Positions 12,616 through 25,106 of a DNA stretch of 64,000 nt are shown here, one piece after another. Under the pieces are notes generated by a model. The model was not told the origin of the DNA. It did not search any database and was given only the letters and a program-made list of their open reading frames with translations. Source of the stretch: Heptranchias perlo (Eukaryota). The stretch spans positions 11,284,001 to 11,348,000 of the forward strand of contig NC_090325.1 in NCBI RefSeq assembly GCF_035084215.1, written 5' to 3'. The translations under genes and the position numbers were made by a program. The stretch's first letter is position 1; each line of letters opens with the position of its first letter.

Positions 12616-12956
12616 GCACAAATAGTCAAGACCTGCAGTCTTCCGATGGAGCAGGATTCGAGGGCAGGGACCTCAGAGCGCAGATATGATTCAGTCACCA
12701 TTTTAATCTCATTTATTCTGTCCTTATTTTTATATATTTCCATTGTAAATTCCTATGTCCTCATTTAGGCTGGAAACTGCCTGTGTAAACGTGTCACGCT
12801 GTAATTACATCCTCCGGCCGTTGGTGGCGCTGCAGTGTTTCCACTAGCAGGAGGGTGTAATTATAGCATGGCAAGGTTGCAAAGCCACTTTCCATTATAA
12901 ATGTGGCCATTGGAAAAATATTATGGAAAAGCACTGATCGGACGACATAGACATTC

Positions 12957-13350
12957 GGGGCTGGATTTCCTGACATTCCACCGGACTTCTTCCCCCTTAA
13001 TTCCAGTCGGAGTTTGGTGGAATAGTTCTGAAAATGGTCAGGACCCAGATAAGTGGAGTGGCAACCTCATCTGGGATTTCCCACTTAGCTTTGTGGCTCT
13101 GCCTGCTCCTTACAAGGCCAGCCATGTCAGAGCGGGACGGGCCCAAGGGAAGTGACTCCTTACCCTGGGAATTCCTGCTTCCCCAGCCCACGGGGGACCT
13201 GGCTTAAGTCTGGAGAAGGGTTACGCTGAGTAATATCTGGGCTACCGGCCTCCAGAAGTGTGCGAGTTGGCCTCAGTTGGGCGGAGAGGGTCCAGGCCAA
13301 AGGAAGCTGCCCGGAACCTAAAAACGGGCAAATATTTACTATTATCGCCC
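12957..13350. mobile_element. GC-rich MITE-like element, probably Harbinger-related
   Basis: Begins GGGGCTGGATTTCC like other GGG..ATTT-ended elements in the window; right end not clearly defined. Confidence 0.3.
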
Positions 13351-13759
13351 CTTACACAAGGTACTGATGTGGGCAGAGACTAGGGAGTGCAGGGAGGACC
13401 TGGGCTGCCCCCGTCCCCAGATAACTGGTGAGCACCCGAGTTTCCAGCAGAATGGAGCTCGTCACCCACCTGTAATGTTAACTCTGTTCTCTCTCCACAG
13501 ATGCTGCCTGACCTGGATTTGAACTCATGTTCTCTGGATTAGCCCAGTAACATAACTATTACACTACTGTCCTGATAGTGCTGCTGCCTCTTGCTGGGGC
13601 ATGGTTATATCAGATTCAGAATTCACTGACTCACCATTCTGTTCTCCCACTGTGAGTTAAAATAGGATAATCGTGAATATCCTATTGTTTTAACTCGTTA
13701 CGCTTTCACCTGGACTGCTGTAAACACAGAGAATCTTCAAAAGAGCGGCTTGTATTCTC

Positions 13760-14448
13760 ATCCTTGTTTTTTAATTCCTTCATGGCCTCGCCCCTCCCTA
13801 TCTCTGTAACCTCCTCCAGCCCTACAACCCTCCGAGATTTCTGTACTCCTCCAATTCTGGCCTCCCCAATTTTCATCGCTCCACTATTGGCAGCCGTGCT
13901 TTCAGCTGTCTAGGCCCTAAGCTCTGGAATTTCATCCCTAAACCTCTCTGCCTCTCTCTCCTCCTTTAAGACGCCTCCTAAAACCTACCTCTTTGACCAA
14001 GTTTGCTGATCTCAGCTTCGTGGTGGCATTAGGGGCGGTATAAATGTCCTCTGAAGTGATGGGCTACCGAACAGAAGGTCAAGGTTCGCTGCCCTGAATA
14101 CGACCCCATTTCTGTAACCTCCTTCAGCCCGACAATCCTCCGAGATCTCTGCGCTCCTCCAACTCTGGCCTCTCGCGCAACCCCGATTTTCATCGCTCCA
14201 CCATTGGCGGCCGTGCCTTCAGCTGCCTAAGCCCTTAGCTCTGGAATTCCCTCCCTAAACCTCTCCACCTCTCTCTCCTCCTTTAAGATGCCCCCTAAAA
14301 CCTACCTCTTTGACCAAGCTTTTGGTCACCTGTCCTAATATCTCCTTATGTGGCTTGGTGTCAAATTTCTTTCGATGACGTTCCTGTGAAGTGCCAAGGG
14401 AAGTTTCACGACGTTAAAGGCGCTATATAAATACAACTTGTTGTTGTT
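13760..14448 (+). mobile_element. Two tandem L2 3' fragments (13760-14002 and 14108-14448)
   Basis: Duplicated CTGTAACCTCC..CCGAGAT..CTGGAATT..CTACCTCTTTGACCAAG; second copy ends AAAGGCGCTATATAAATACAAC(TTG)n. Confidence 0.85.
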
Positions 14449-15054
14449 CAAGAAGACAACCCACCACCACCTTCTCAGGGCAACTGGGGATGGACAATCG
14501 CTTGGCAACAATGCCCATAGTCCGAGAATTGTTCATAACAAAAGAGCACAGAAGAAAAAAAAGAGGCAGGAAATCGAAGGAAAAAATCACACTGCCTCCA
14601 ACATGGTATGAACCTGTTGTTTGCCCTTCTTAATCCTACAAGTAATCAGCGGCAGACCCTGCATAGTGGTGTGTGAATTGCTTTCCAGTTGCCTACGACA
14701 CAAGTAGATGAAGCTCAATGATTTTTTTTTAAACAAAACTCCATCGGATAACGCTTTAAAAAGGGAACTTCAGCCTTGCAATTCCATCATGCAAACAGGG
14801 GTCAACTCCAGGGCATAAGAAAATGATGGCAAGCCATGCAAGGCCAGTGTAATTTCCACCAATAAATGAGCTCCCAGATGCCAGCTGTCGGATCTTCGAA
14901 GCTGTTTCCAAAAGAAAAATAATTAATATGGAAGTTGTGATAGATTTGAAGGACAGCTGTCGTCTTTCAAGCCTCTAAATGGGTCCTGGATGACTCTGAT
15001 ATTAATCTGCATGAGTAATATCATTGCTTCGAACATTTCCAGCTTTTTTATCAA

Positions 15055-15283
15055 AGAATCATAGAATGATACAGCACAGAAAGAGGCCATTCAGCCCATC
15101 GTGCCTGTGCCAGCTCCTGAAAGAGCGATCCAATTAGTCCCACTACCCTGCTCTTTCCCCGTAGCCCTGCAAACTTTTCCCCTTGAAGTATTTATCCAAT
15201 TCCCTTTTGAAAGTTACTAGTGAATTTGCTTCCATCAGCCTTTCAGGCAGCGCATTCCAGATCATCACAACTCGCTGCGTAAA
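15055..15283 (-). mobile_element. CR1 3' end
   Basis: ORF fragment FTQRVVMIWNALPERL..FKRELDKY..QGYGERAG; AGAATCATAGAAT tail. Confidence 0.85.
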
Positions 15284-15453
15284 ATTGGAAATAAAATGGG
15301 AAATAAAATGGTGCCTAATTATAGCCCTGTTCAATTTTTGCTTCATGTTTCTTCCTTTGCCCGTCCTCTTCTCCTACAGGTGTTTACTCTTGCGAGATTA
15401 CGGTTCCCTGGGCAACTGCAGCCCACCAGTACCTTGCTCAATCAAGGAATCTA

Positions 15454-16219
15454 GGGGGAATTTTAACCCCCAAGAATGGGTGGGTTGGAGTCAGGTGGGA
15501 GGTGAAAATACTCGTTTTTGCGATCGCGACCCGGCTCCAACGCGCCCACTTCCGGAGCCGAATAGCGGATGTCGCGTTCCCAATTAGTGCCGGCGGGCAT
15601 GCCGTTAGCGGGGCAATTAACCTCGTTGAAATAGTTAAGGTAGGTTTTTTATTATTTAATATTATTCGCCTTTAAATTTAACGCCTCCAGGACAGCTTTC
15701 CCAGGGCTCATGAATCTTGCTAGGTGAAAGGGGGCGAACAAGGCCGGTTCACAAGCTAAGTGCCTTCTTTGCATTGCTTGTGGGCCAAAAGGAGCAGGAG
15801 TGTCTCCTCCAGGCCCAACAAGCTTACGTGCCGCGATCAGCTGACACCCTCTCCCACCGATGTAGGAGATCCCCCCCTCCCCAGAGTCCGACCCCACTCC
15901 CGACTTCCGACTCTTCTCCTGACCTCCGACCTCTGACTCTTCCGATGAACCCGACCTCTGACGCTTCTGCCGACCCGATCACCTCCCAGCCCCCGATCTT
16001 CTCCGCACACCCCCCACCGCCCCTACCCCCGGATGTCCTCCAAGGCCCACAAACCCTCCCTCCCTCCTCTCCGATCCCCGGCCTTCCCGCCCGCCTATCA
16101 ATTTGGCCGACTGTCACACGGGAAACCCGGAAGCAAATATAATCGCCTTCAATTAAATTGCGATCGCAGATTCCGACGCACTTATTCCACCTCCGGATTG
16201 CCTACGTGAAAATCTGCCC
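15454..16219. mobile_element. GC-rich non-autonomous DNA element with imperfect TIRs (Harbinger-like)
   Basis: Left GGGGGAATTTTAAC, right GTGAAAATCTGCCC; CpG-rich interior with CCGA(C/T) low-complexity tract; superfamily is inference. Confidence 0.55.
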
Positions 16220-16239
16220 ACTCTCTTCCCGGCTCCAGG

Positions 16240-16470
16240 TCAGATGGTCAAGTCTCTGCAATTGGATTTGAACCCGCGACCTTCTGACTCAGAGGGCAAA
16301 TTATCCCATTGCTGTTTGTGGGACCTTGCTGTGCGCAAATTGACTGCTGTATTTCCTAAATCACAACAATGACTATACTTCAAAAAGTACTTCAATGGCT
16401 GTAAAGCCCTTTGTGACATCCTGAGGTGGTGAAAAGTGCTGTTTAAATGCAAGTCTTTCTTCTTTACTTT
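16240..16470. mobile_element. Rearranged DeuSINE (inverted head joined to a forward 3' half)
   Basis: 16240-16300 is a reverse-complement head (TTGAACCCGCGACCTTCTGACTCAGAG); 16301-16470 is the forward core and tail. Confidence 0.65.
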
Positions 16471-16854
16471 CAGTACACTAACAGCTATTATCAGTTGTCC
16501 AGAAGGTGTTCAGCCTATCTTGTGCAGTGTGCCAAATTGAGTTAATCACCATCAGTCCAGTCATGGCTCTGTGCTGACAAGAAATAACTGAAGGTATGAG
16601 TGAAGACACATAAAATTAATGCAGCAGTGCATCTCCTGTCACCTACCTTGCTGTTTCTGTAAATAGATTGTGCGTGTTAACAGCAATAAAAATTGCTTTA
16701 GCGAGTCACGGTGTTTGTCGTTGCTTTTGGTACTTTGTACAAGAAAATAATTGATGGAGTGCTATTAAGTTCTGCGCAAATTCGTTCTGCTCCAGTTTCA
16801 CCCCTCCCCCCCCCCGCCTTACTCCTGGAACCATTCTATTCCATGCCACGTGAG

Positions 16855-17460
16855 TCACTGAGCACATAATCTAGGATGACGTCTCAGTGCAATACCGCGT
16901 TGTCAGAGGTGTTGAGCTTCGGATGTTGAGGTGGGTGGAAAAGATCCTGTGGTACTATTTGAAGAAGAGTGTGTGAGTTTTTCTGGAGCCCTGGCCAATA
17001 TTTATCTCTCAACCAACACCATCAAAAATGATTTTGCATAGTATTTGCAGCACAGAAACAGGCCATTCGGCCCAACTGGTCTGTGCTGGTGTTTATGCTT
17101 CATACGAGCCTCCTCCCACCTTACTTCATCTCACTCTATCAGCATATCCTTCCACTCCTTTCTCCCTCATGTACTTATCTAGCTTCCCCTAAAAATGCAT
17201 CTAAATTATTCACCTCAATCATTCCATGTTCCACATTCTAAGTAAAGAACTTTCTCCTGAATTCCTTATCGGATTAGTTGGCCATTTATCTCGTTGCTGT
17301 TCGTGGGATCTTGCTGTGCACAAATTAGTTGCTGAGTTTTCCTACATTACAACAGTGACCACGCTTCGAAAGTAACCGATTGGCTGTGGAGCACTTTGGG
17401 ACGTCCTGCGGAGATGAAAGGCGTTTCTATTAAATGTAACTCCTTTCTCTTTCTGTCTTC
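16855..17460 (+). mobile_element. DeuSINE-type SINE interrupted by a minus-strand CR1 tail (about 17035-17275)
   Basis: SINE breaks after CTCAACCAACACCATCAAAAATGATT and resumes at GATTAGTTGGCCATTTATCTC. Confidence 0.75.
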
Positions 17461-17892
17461 CCAGGCCTCAGAGAACAGAAGGATTTATGGCAACTGGGTA
17501 AGGCCATTCAGCCTGACAAAGACAGGAGGTAGGGTCGGAGTGAGACAAGAGATGAGATCCCAGCTTCAGTTCTGACCTTTGCTCTGTCGATGGTGAATAT
17601 TCCACAAGAACCTTAATAGCCTCGTTAACTGATTCCTCCACATCGCAAGGCACAGAACTGAGTGAAAACAAAAGACTTTTATTTTTAAGAAAGCACATTT
17701 TTGGTGCCCCGGGTTTATTTCTGTCAGGTTTAAAACCAGACTGGTGACAAGCTTAACTGAAATACAAGGATGCGCAAATTCAAGAAAATTGTAGGCAGTG
17801 AAGCCGAAGAAGAGTTACAGCTAATTTTGACTTTGTGCGATGGTGTAAAATGGGCGCTATTGATTCAGCCGCCCGTTATACATAGAATCACG

Positions 17893-18305
17893 TTGAGTTG
17901 AGTAGAATGGGCCTATACTCTCTGGAGTTTAGAAGAATGAGAGGTGATCTCATTGAAACATGTAAGATTATGAGAGGGCTTGACAGGATAGATGCTGAGA
18001 GAACTCGGGGGCATAATCACACGATACGGGGTCGGCCATTCAAGACTGAGATGAGGAGGAATTTCTTCATGCAGAGGGTTGTGAATCTTTGGAATTCTCT
18101 ACCCCAGAGGGCTTTGGATGCTGAATCATTGAGTATTTTCAAGGCTGAGATGGATAGATTTTTGGACTCTAGGGGAATCAAGGGATACGGGGGTCGGGCG
18201 AGAAAGAGGAGTTGAGGTCGAAGATCAGCCATGGTCTGATTGAATGATGGCGCAGGCTCGAGGGGCCGTATGGCCTACTCCTATTTCTTATTTTCTTATG
18301 TTCTT
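17893..18305 (+). mobile_element. CR1 3' fragment
   Basis: ORF GLYSLEFRRMRGDLIE..RRNFFMQRVVNLWNSLP..FKAEMDRFL. Confidence 0.9.
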
Positions 18306-18730
18306 ATCATACAGCACAGAAGGAGGCCATTCGGTCCATCGTGCCTGTGCCGGCTCTTTGAAAGAGCTATCCAATCAGTCCCACTCCCACCTGTTCTTTC
18401 CCCATAGCCCTGCAAATTTTTCCTTTTCAAATATTTATCCAATTGCCTTTTGAAAGTTACTATTGAATCTGCTTCCACCGCCCTTTCAGGCAGTGCATTC
18501 CAGATCATAACAACTCGCTGCATAAAAAAATTTCTCCTCTGCCCCCGCTGGTTCTTTTCCCAATTATCTTAAATCTGTGTCCTCTGGTAACTAAGCCTCC
18601 TGCCAGTGGAAACCCTTCATTATTTTGAACACTTCTATTAAATCTCCCCACTACCTTCTCTGCTCTAAGGAGAACAATCCGAGCTTCTCTAATCTCTACA
18701 CGTAACTGAAGTCCCTCATCCCTGGTATCA
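18306..18730 (-). mobile_element. CR1 3' fragment, tail-to-tail with the previous copy
   Basis: ORF QRVVMIWNALPERAVEADSIVTFKRQLDKY; upstream RMIPGMRDFSY. Confidence 0.88.
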
Positions 18731-19134
18731 TTCTCATCCGATTTCCATTCCCATTGACTGCAATGGAGAAGAAAATCAGGATAGATTTATAACAGGCAGC
18801 TGAATCGCTATCACATAAAGTCAAAATGACATCCCCCTTAAGTGATGGAAACAGTCCAGTTAAGTGATCCAGTGACTCACGCAGAGTGATGGAGACTGAA
18901 GAAAGCTCTCCCTTTCTCGATCTGGACATCAGGGCCTAGGTTTTCTGCTTCAGGATGGAAGGGCAGCAAGGGCAGGAGTTCCGCCTGCAGCAAGGACGAG
19001 TCCCTGCCCCCGGCCGCTTTTCCAGGGTCAATAGGTTCATTTTAAATGAAGTTCCCCTGAGGGCCCGCCTGGGAGTAGCTGGTAAAGGCCTCGGTCACCT
19101 GCTGCAGCGCAATGTGGCTGGCAGCCTTGGGGGT

Positions 19135-19365
19135 TGACACCGGGGAGAACTCCCTTGCTCTTCTTCGAATAGTGCCATGGGATCGTTTACGTCCACCTGA
19201 GAGGGCAGACGGGCCCTCGGTTTAATGTCTCATCGTAAAGACGGCACCTCCGACAGTGCGGCACTCCCTCAGCACTGCACCGGAGTGTCAGCCTAGATGA
19301 GGTGCTCAAGTCTCTGGGGTGGGACTTAAACCGGCAACCTTCCAACTCAGAGCCGAGACTGAGGC
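19135..19365 (-). mobile_element. DeuSINE-type SINE 5' half
   Basis: GACGGCACCTCCGACAGTGCGGCACTCCCTCAG family motif reversed. Confidence 0.8.
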
Positions 19366-19954
19366 CACAGAGAAGAAATAAGTCCACAGAGATAGTCCTC
19401 ACCGTGAGATTTAGTCTCGGGACCTTGAGAGCAAATCTTTGTGATCATTGTGAAATGAAGCCCAGGGAGACGGGCCAGCTTATTCTCGAGAGGGTAAAGA
19501 GGACGCAAAACCCACAGAGACAGGTCTTATTCTGGACTGAGTCCAGTCCGACATTATAGAATGAGAGAATGAGACTCAGAGAGGGAAAGAATTCTGTACG
19601 GCCTGGCTACAGTCCAACTCATTTCAAAACACCAATACTCACTGTCGTGTCTCCTCTATGAATTCTTGTTGACAGCAGGTCCCTAAGAAGACAGTAAGCA
19701 GTTTGTGGAAGATGTTATGACGCTGTGAGCAAAATGAATGATTTCACTGCACACAGGTTCAGTATGGCCGTGATGCATGGCTCCTACAAAGGTTCCTTGA
19801 GAAACCTAAAAAACAGACAATCCCCCTTTCACCTGTGGCTTCTAACCCCTTCTTCTCCAGTGCAAACTCTCTTGTTTTTATTTTATTGACACTATGATGG
19901 AATGGATCCAGCTCAGTATTGCTTTGAACTTTTCTCTCTCGTTCCCACTAAGAA

Positions 19955-20350
19955 GGTGTCAACCGTGGCTCATATCTGAGTTCGAAGATCCTAACTTCAA
20001 GCCCCACTCCAGAGATTTATGCACATCATCTCGGCTGACACTTCATTGCTGCACTGTCGGAGGTGCTGACTGAGGCCTTGGCTGCCCTCACAAGTGGACG
20101 TAAAAGATCCCATGGCATTGTTGGAAGAAGAGCAGGGGAGTTCTCCCAGTGTCCTGGTCAATATTTATCCCTCAAAAAAATCACTAAAACAGATTATCTG
20201 GTCATTCGTCTCACTGCTGCTTGTGGGACTTTGCTGCATGGAAATTGGCTGCTGAGTTTCCTTCATTACAAAGGTGTCTACACTTCAAAAGGACTTCATT
20301 GGCTGTAAAATGCTTTGGGAGAGCCTGAGGTTCTGAAAGGTGCTTCTTTT
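19955..20350 (+). mobile_element. DeuSINE-type SINE
   Basis: Head GGTGTCAACCGTGGCTCA, family core and tail. Confidence 0.8.
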
Positions 20351-20445
20351 TTTAAGCTCCAAACATACTTTCCCCAACATTCTTCTTTCTCCCTCCACCC
20401 TTACTATGTCGAAATCAAAAAACACCGAGCATTGTTTCCCAATAT

Positions 20446-21060
20446 AGAATCATAGAATCATAGAAGTTACAACATGGAAACAGGCCCTTCGGCCCAACAT
20501 GTCCATGTCGCCCAGTTTATACCACTAAGCTAGTCCCAATTGCCTGCACTTGGCCCATATCCCTCGATACCCATCTTACCCATGTAACTGTCCAAATGCT
20601 TTTTAAAAGACAAAATTGTACCCGCCTCTACTACTGCCTCTGGCAGCTCGTTCCAGACACTCACCACCCTTTGATTGAAAAAATTGCCCCTCTGGACCCT
20701 TTTGTGTCTCTCCCCTCTCACCTTAAATCAATGCCCCCTCGTTATAGACTCCCCTACCTTTGGGAAAAGATTTTGACTATCTATCTTATCTATGCCCCTC
20801 ATTATTTTATAGACTTCTATAAGATCACCCCTTAACCTCCTACTCTCCAGGGAAAAAAGTCTCAGTCTATCCAACCTCTCCCTATAAGTCAAACCATCAA
20901 GTCCCGGTAGCATCCTCGTAAATCTTTTCTGCACTCTTTCTAGTTTAATAATATCCTTTCTATAATAGGGTGACCAGAACTGTACACAGTATTCCAAGTG
21001 TGGCCTCACCAATGCCCTGAACAACTTCAACAAGACATCCCAACTCCTGCATTCAATGTT
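20446..21060 (-). mobile_element. CR1 3' fragment with 6-bp TSD
   Basis: ORFs LVRPHLEYCVQFWSP..RLRGDLIEVYKI and FFNQRVVSVWNELP; (AGAATCAT)n tail; CAATAT at 20440-20445 and 21061-21066. Confidence 0.92.
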
Positions 21061-21674
21061 CAATATGATGGAACTCCTTCCTTCCCTCAGTCTTCCATTT
21101 ATCCTTTAATGTACAGATTTTCAAAATGCAAACTTGGCTTCAATTAACCACTGCTTCCAGATTTGTCTCATCATCTCTCCCACTCTTTTCAACCTTCCTG
21201 GTCTTCTGTATTATGGCCCCTTCGCTTGGATTTCTGAATTTTAAAAACTCTGCAGTGTTTTAGACTGATATTGAATACCGTTGCAGGCTGGAATGCAGCA
21301 CGACTGACATCAATAGCAGTAATTAAGGGGGTGTTGTAACACTTTGAAGGATGAAGGCATTACCTCATATTCAAAGTCACTTTTGGAAGCTAAGGGTAAA
21401 TCCTATATCTACAACCTGGAAACTCCTTTTAATATTGACTTCATTTTACTCTTGGACTTTGGTCTTTTAAAATCAAATAGCAATGAAGACCGGAGACCAA
21501 AAAAGATGGATACTGTACAACCTAACTCCCCAGCAATAATCGATAGCGGTGGGTGGTGGTGGGATTGAGCTGGCAGGGGTGGGGGGGGAGTAAAGAGACC
21601 ACAATCTTCTTGGTCCACATTCTGCCATCTCAAGGAGGTAGAAATATATATCGCCTCAGAAGCTGTGATATATA

Positions 21675-22130
21675 AAGAAAAGAAACAACTTGCATTTATA
21701 TAGCGCCTTTCACAACCTCCGGATGCCCTGAAGCACTTTAAAGTCAATGAAGTATTTTGAAGTGTAGACACTGTTGTAATGTAGGAAACACGGCAGCCAA
21801 TTTGCGCAGAGCAAGCTCTCACAAACAGCAATGTGATAATGGCCAGATAATCAGTTTTATTGATGTTGGTTGAGGGATAAATATTGGCCAGGATACCAGG
21901 GAGAACTTCCCTGCTCCTCTTCAAACAGCACTATGGGAACTTTTACATCCACCTGAGAAGACAGACAGGGCCTCGGTTTAGTAATCTTATCCGAAAGACT
22001 GCACCTCCAAAAGTGCTGCATGGGGAGCGTCAGCCTAGATTTTGTGCTCAAGTCTCTGGAGCAAGGCTTGAACCCACAATCATCTGACTCAGAGGCAAAA
22101 ATGCTACCCACTGAGCCACAGTTGACACCC
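21675..22130 (-). mobile_element. DeuSINE-type SINE, full length
   Basis: Complete reversed tail (CTTGCATTTATATAGCGCCTTT), core and head (CCACTGAGCCACAGTTGACACC). Confidence 0.9.
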
Positions 22131-22607
22131 TATGAGTGAGGTTAATCAGTGGGGGCATTATTTTGCCTCTGTTTGAATCACTAGTAACAAATTTGCTGTT
22201 TAAAAACGATATGAAACTGAAATTAAATTGATGGGGCAATCAGTGCAGCAGGATTAAAAGATAAAAATCTGAAGCTTGTGAGAGCTGCCTCTCACCTCCT
22301 TCGCAGTTGCTTGGCAAGAAAGGGTTAACTGTGGCTCATGGTTGCCTCGTCAGGCTTTTATGATCTATCCTGAATGAATGACAACTGCAGTAGAACCTCA
22401 GGCCTCTTCGGTAGAAAAATGGTTGCCGCAGAGACGAGAGACAGGTCAGGTCAAGCTGTGATCCGAGTGGGTGTGGGCTGCCCTCCATCTCCCGCTACTT
22501 GAGAAGAAATATTTTTTAAAAATAACGCTCAGAAAATGAATATTAAAAAGTACAGTTTCTTCGAGTCCGCTTTTACTGCATCACAATCTCTCTGAGAACC
22601 TCGAAAC

Positions 22608-22770
22608 CTAGGAACACAGGAGTAGGCCATTCAGCCCCTCGAGCCTGTTCCGTCATTCTCTTAGATCGTGGTTGATTTGTATCTATTTACCTGCCTTGGT
22701 TACGTATCCCGTAATAACCTCGACGAACAAAAAGCGATCAATCTCATGTTTTGAAATTCTCAATCGACCT
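22608..22770 (-). mobile_element. CR1 3' tail fragment
   Basis: AGGAGTAGGCCATTCAGCCCCTCGAGCCTGTTCC. Confidence 0.75.
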
Positions 22771-23144
22771 TAACCTGTGAAATCAATGTTCTCCTCAGTT
22801 TTCCCTCCCTCCTAGGCATTTTAAAAACCAAGCTTGCTATCATCTAAGAGAAACTTTTCTGCTACACATAGAAAACTTTGAGATAGGGAGTACATTTTCA
22901 CCGTATGCTCTCCCAGCATGCAGTAGGATCAACAAAACAGAAAATTGTCCCTCTAATCACTACTTCCCGATGTCCCTCATCGATGTCCCTGTTTCTCTTC
23001 CAACAAGGCCTTCACTTGGATTTCTCAGCATATAAAAAAGAAATCCTGGTAATAACACTCAACAACAACAACAACTTACTTTGTTGAAATGTAGGGAAAC
23101 GCGAGAGCCAATTTGCGCACAGCAACATCATACCAACGGTAATA

Positions 23145-23670
23145 AGAACATAGGAACAGGAGTAGGCCATTTAGCCCCTCGAGCCTGTTCCACCATTCAA
23201 TGAGATCATGGCTGATCTGTGACCTAACTCCAGATTAGCCCCATATCCCTTAATACCTTTGGCTAACAAAAATCTATCAATCTCAGATTTAAAATTAACA
23301 ATTTGAGCTAGCATCAACTGCTGTTTGCGGAAGAGAGTTCCAAACTTCTTCCACCCTTCATGTGTAGAAGTGTTTCCTAACTTCACTCCTGAAAGTACTG
23401 GCTCTAATTTTTAGGCTATGTCCCCTAGTCCTAGACTCCCCAACCAACGGAAATAGTTTCTCTCTATCTACCCTATTAGTTCCTCTTAATATCTTGAAAA
23501 CTTTTATCAAATCACCCCTTAATCTTCTAAATTCCAGGGAATACACCCCTAGTTTGTGTAATCTCTCCTCATGATTTAACCCTTGGAGTCCAGGTATCAT
23601 TCTAGTAAATCTATGCTGCACTCCCTCCAGGGCCAAGGTACCTTCCGAAGGTACGATGCCCAGAACTGAC
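23145..23670 (-). mobile_element. CR1 3' fragment inserted in a minus-strand SINE remnant (about 23060-23775)
   Basis: ORF ALEGVQHRFTRMIPG..RLRGDLIKVFKI..RKHFYT; SINE pieces on both sides. Confidence 0.88.
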
Positions 23671-23789
23671 CGGTTGTCTGCTTATTTTCAGTAATGTTGG
23701 TTGAGGGATAAATATTGGCCAAGACTCTTCTTCAACTAGTGCCATGGGATCTTTTACATCTACCTGAGAGGGCCTCTCCATTACAAAGA

Positions 23790-24375
23790 TGATCTACTTC
23801 TACCTCTGTAACATCACCTGCCTCCAGACCTACCTTAGCCCATCTACCCTCCGTAAACTTCAGCTCATCCAAAACTCTGCTGCCCGTACCCTCTCTCGCA
23901 CCAAGTCAAGCTTACCCATCACCCTGTCCTCGCTGACCTACATTGGTTCCTAGTCCCCTAACGCCTCAAATTTAAAATTCTCATCTTCATGTCTTGGACC
24001 TCTTTAAAATGTAACCTCTCACATTGCGCGCTCTTCACGGCCTCGCTCCTCCCTATTTCTGTAACCTCCTCCAGCCTGATATTCCCCCAACCTGAACTCT
24101 CAGTTCCTCCGACTCTTATGTATCTTCTTTACCTTCTCCCCACCATTGGTGGCCCTGCCGTCTGCTGCCTAGGTCGCACATTCCGGAATTTTCTAAACTC
24201 CGCCTCTCTACCTTGAAGACTGCTCTAATAACCTGCTTCCTTGCCCAAACTTTTGGTCACCCTTATAATATCTCCTTCATTGGTCTGGCGTCCATTTTCT
24301 TCCTCAGGCCTCCGTGAAGTGCTATCCCGCATTTTTCTGCCTCAAAGGGCACTGTATAAATGCAATTTGTTGTCA
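23790..24375 (+). mobile_element. Older L2 3' fragment
   Basis: AAACTTCAGCTCATCCAAAACTCTGCTGCCCG (KLQLIQNSAAR), CTACATTGG (LHW), tail TATAAATGCAATTTGTTG. Confidence 0.82.
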
Positions 24376-24734
24376 TTATTATGATGAGAAAAAAGTAAAA
24401 TAGCACTTCAGATATCGACCAGATGTAAGCTCCTCATGAGTATGTCTGTGCTTCTTCAAAAATTCCTCACTAACTGAACCTTGATAAAGGGAATGCTGTG
24501 CCGCTACCAACATCAAAACCTCTTAATGATTACTCCTTCCTTGCGCGACGGGAGGGAATAAAGAGATCTAAGTATGGATCGGAGTCAGGATAGCCAGAGG
24601 CATTTGAAAGGATTTAGCATCTCTGTGATGGAATCGGGCAGCAGATGTGCTTTGCTGTGTGAAAGAGCACTAGTAAAGGAGACTGGGGATGAAATCCTTC
24701 CCGTTGATTATTTTGGTGAAAGAAAATGAGCATG

Positions 24735-24796
24735 ACCACAAAATGGGATTTCCCATTTCGTTCTCCCACCGAGTTTTCTGACAGGAGGAATTTCCC
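24735..24796. promoter_or_regulatory. Candidate enhancer motif cluster: RUNX site plus two NF-kB sites
   Basis: ACCACA 24735-24740; GGGATTTCCC 24745-24754; GGAATTTCCC 24787-24796 (GGGAAATTCC on minus), in unique sequence. Confidence 0.35.
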
Positions 24797-25106
24797 TTTC
24801 TCCTGTGCATTGGTATTTTCCAATTCTCTACTTCTTCATTTTGGCTTGCCTATAAAATTCCAGGCAAAGAATTAGGTCAGGTTCTTTGCATAGTTATCAA
24901 CCTGTGGAACAGGATACAAAATGGGTATGAGTTCGCAATGTCATGGAACTTGGATCAGCTTGTCTCAGTGGCAGTACTCCCACCTCTGAGTCGGAAGGTT
25001 GGGGGTTTTCGCCCCACTCCAGAGACTTGAGCATGGAATCCAGGCTGATATTTGATTGCAGTACTGAGGAAGGGTGTTGCATTGTTGGAGGTGCCATCTT
25101 TCAGAT

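Larger units (their letters stand above)
17817..18837. mobile_element. Palindromic MITE split by two CR1 fragments (arms 17817-17884 and 18735-18837)
   Basis: Left TAATTTTGACTTTGTG..CAGCCGCCCGTTATA, right TATAACAGGCAGCTG..AAAGTCAAAAT; intact relative at 59328-59511. Confidence 0.7.

Noticed and set aside
12812-12858. CTCF-like motifs (GGCCGTTGGTGGCGCTG, CCACTAGCAGGAG)
   Set aside because: Several mismatches in the core; cannot be supported without PWM scoring
15717-16142. Proline-rich ORF or CpG-island promoter
   Set aside because: Lies inside a GC-rich TIR-bounded element; composition explains the ORF
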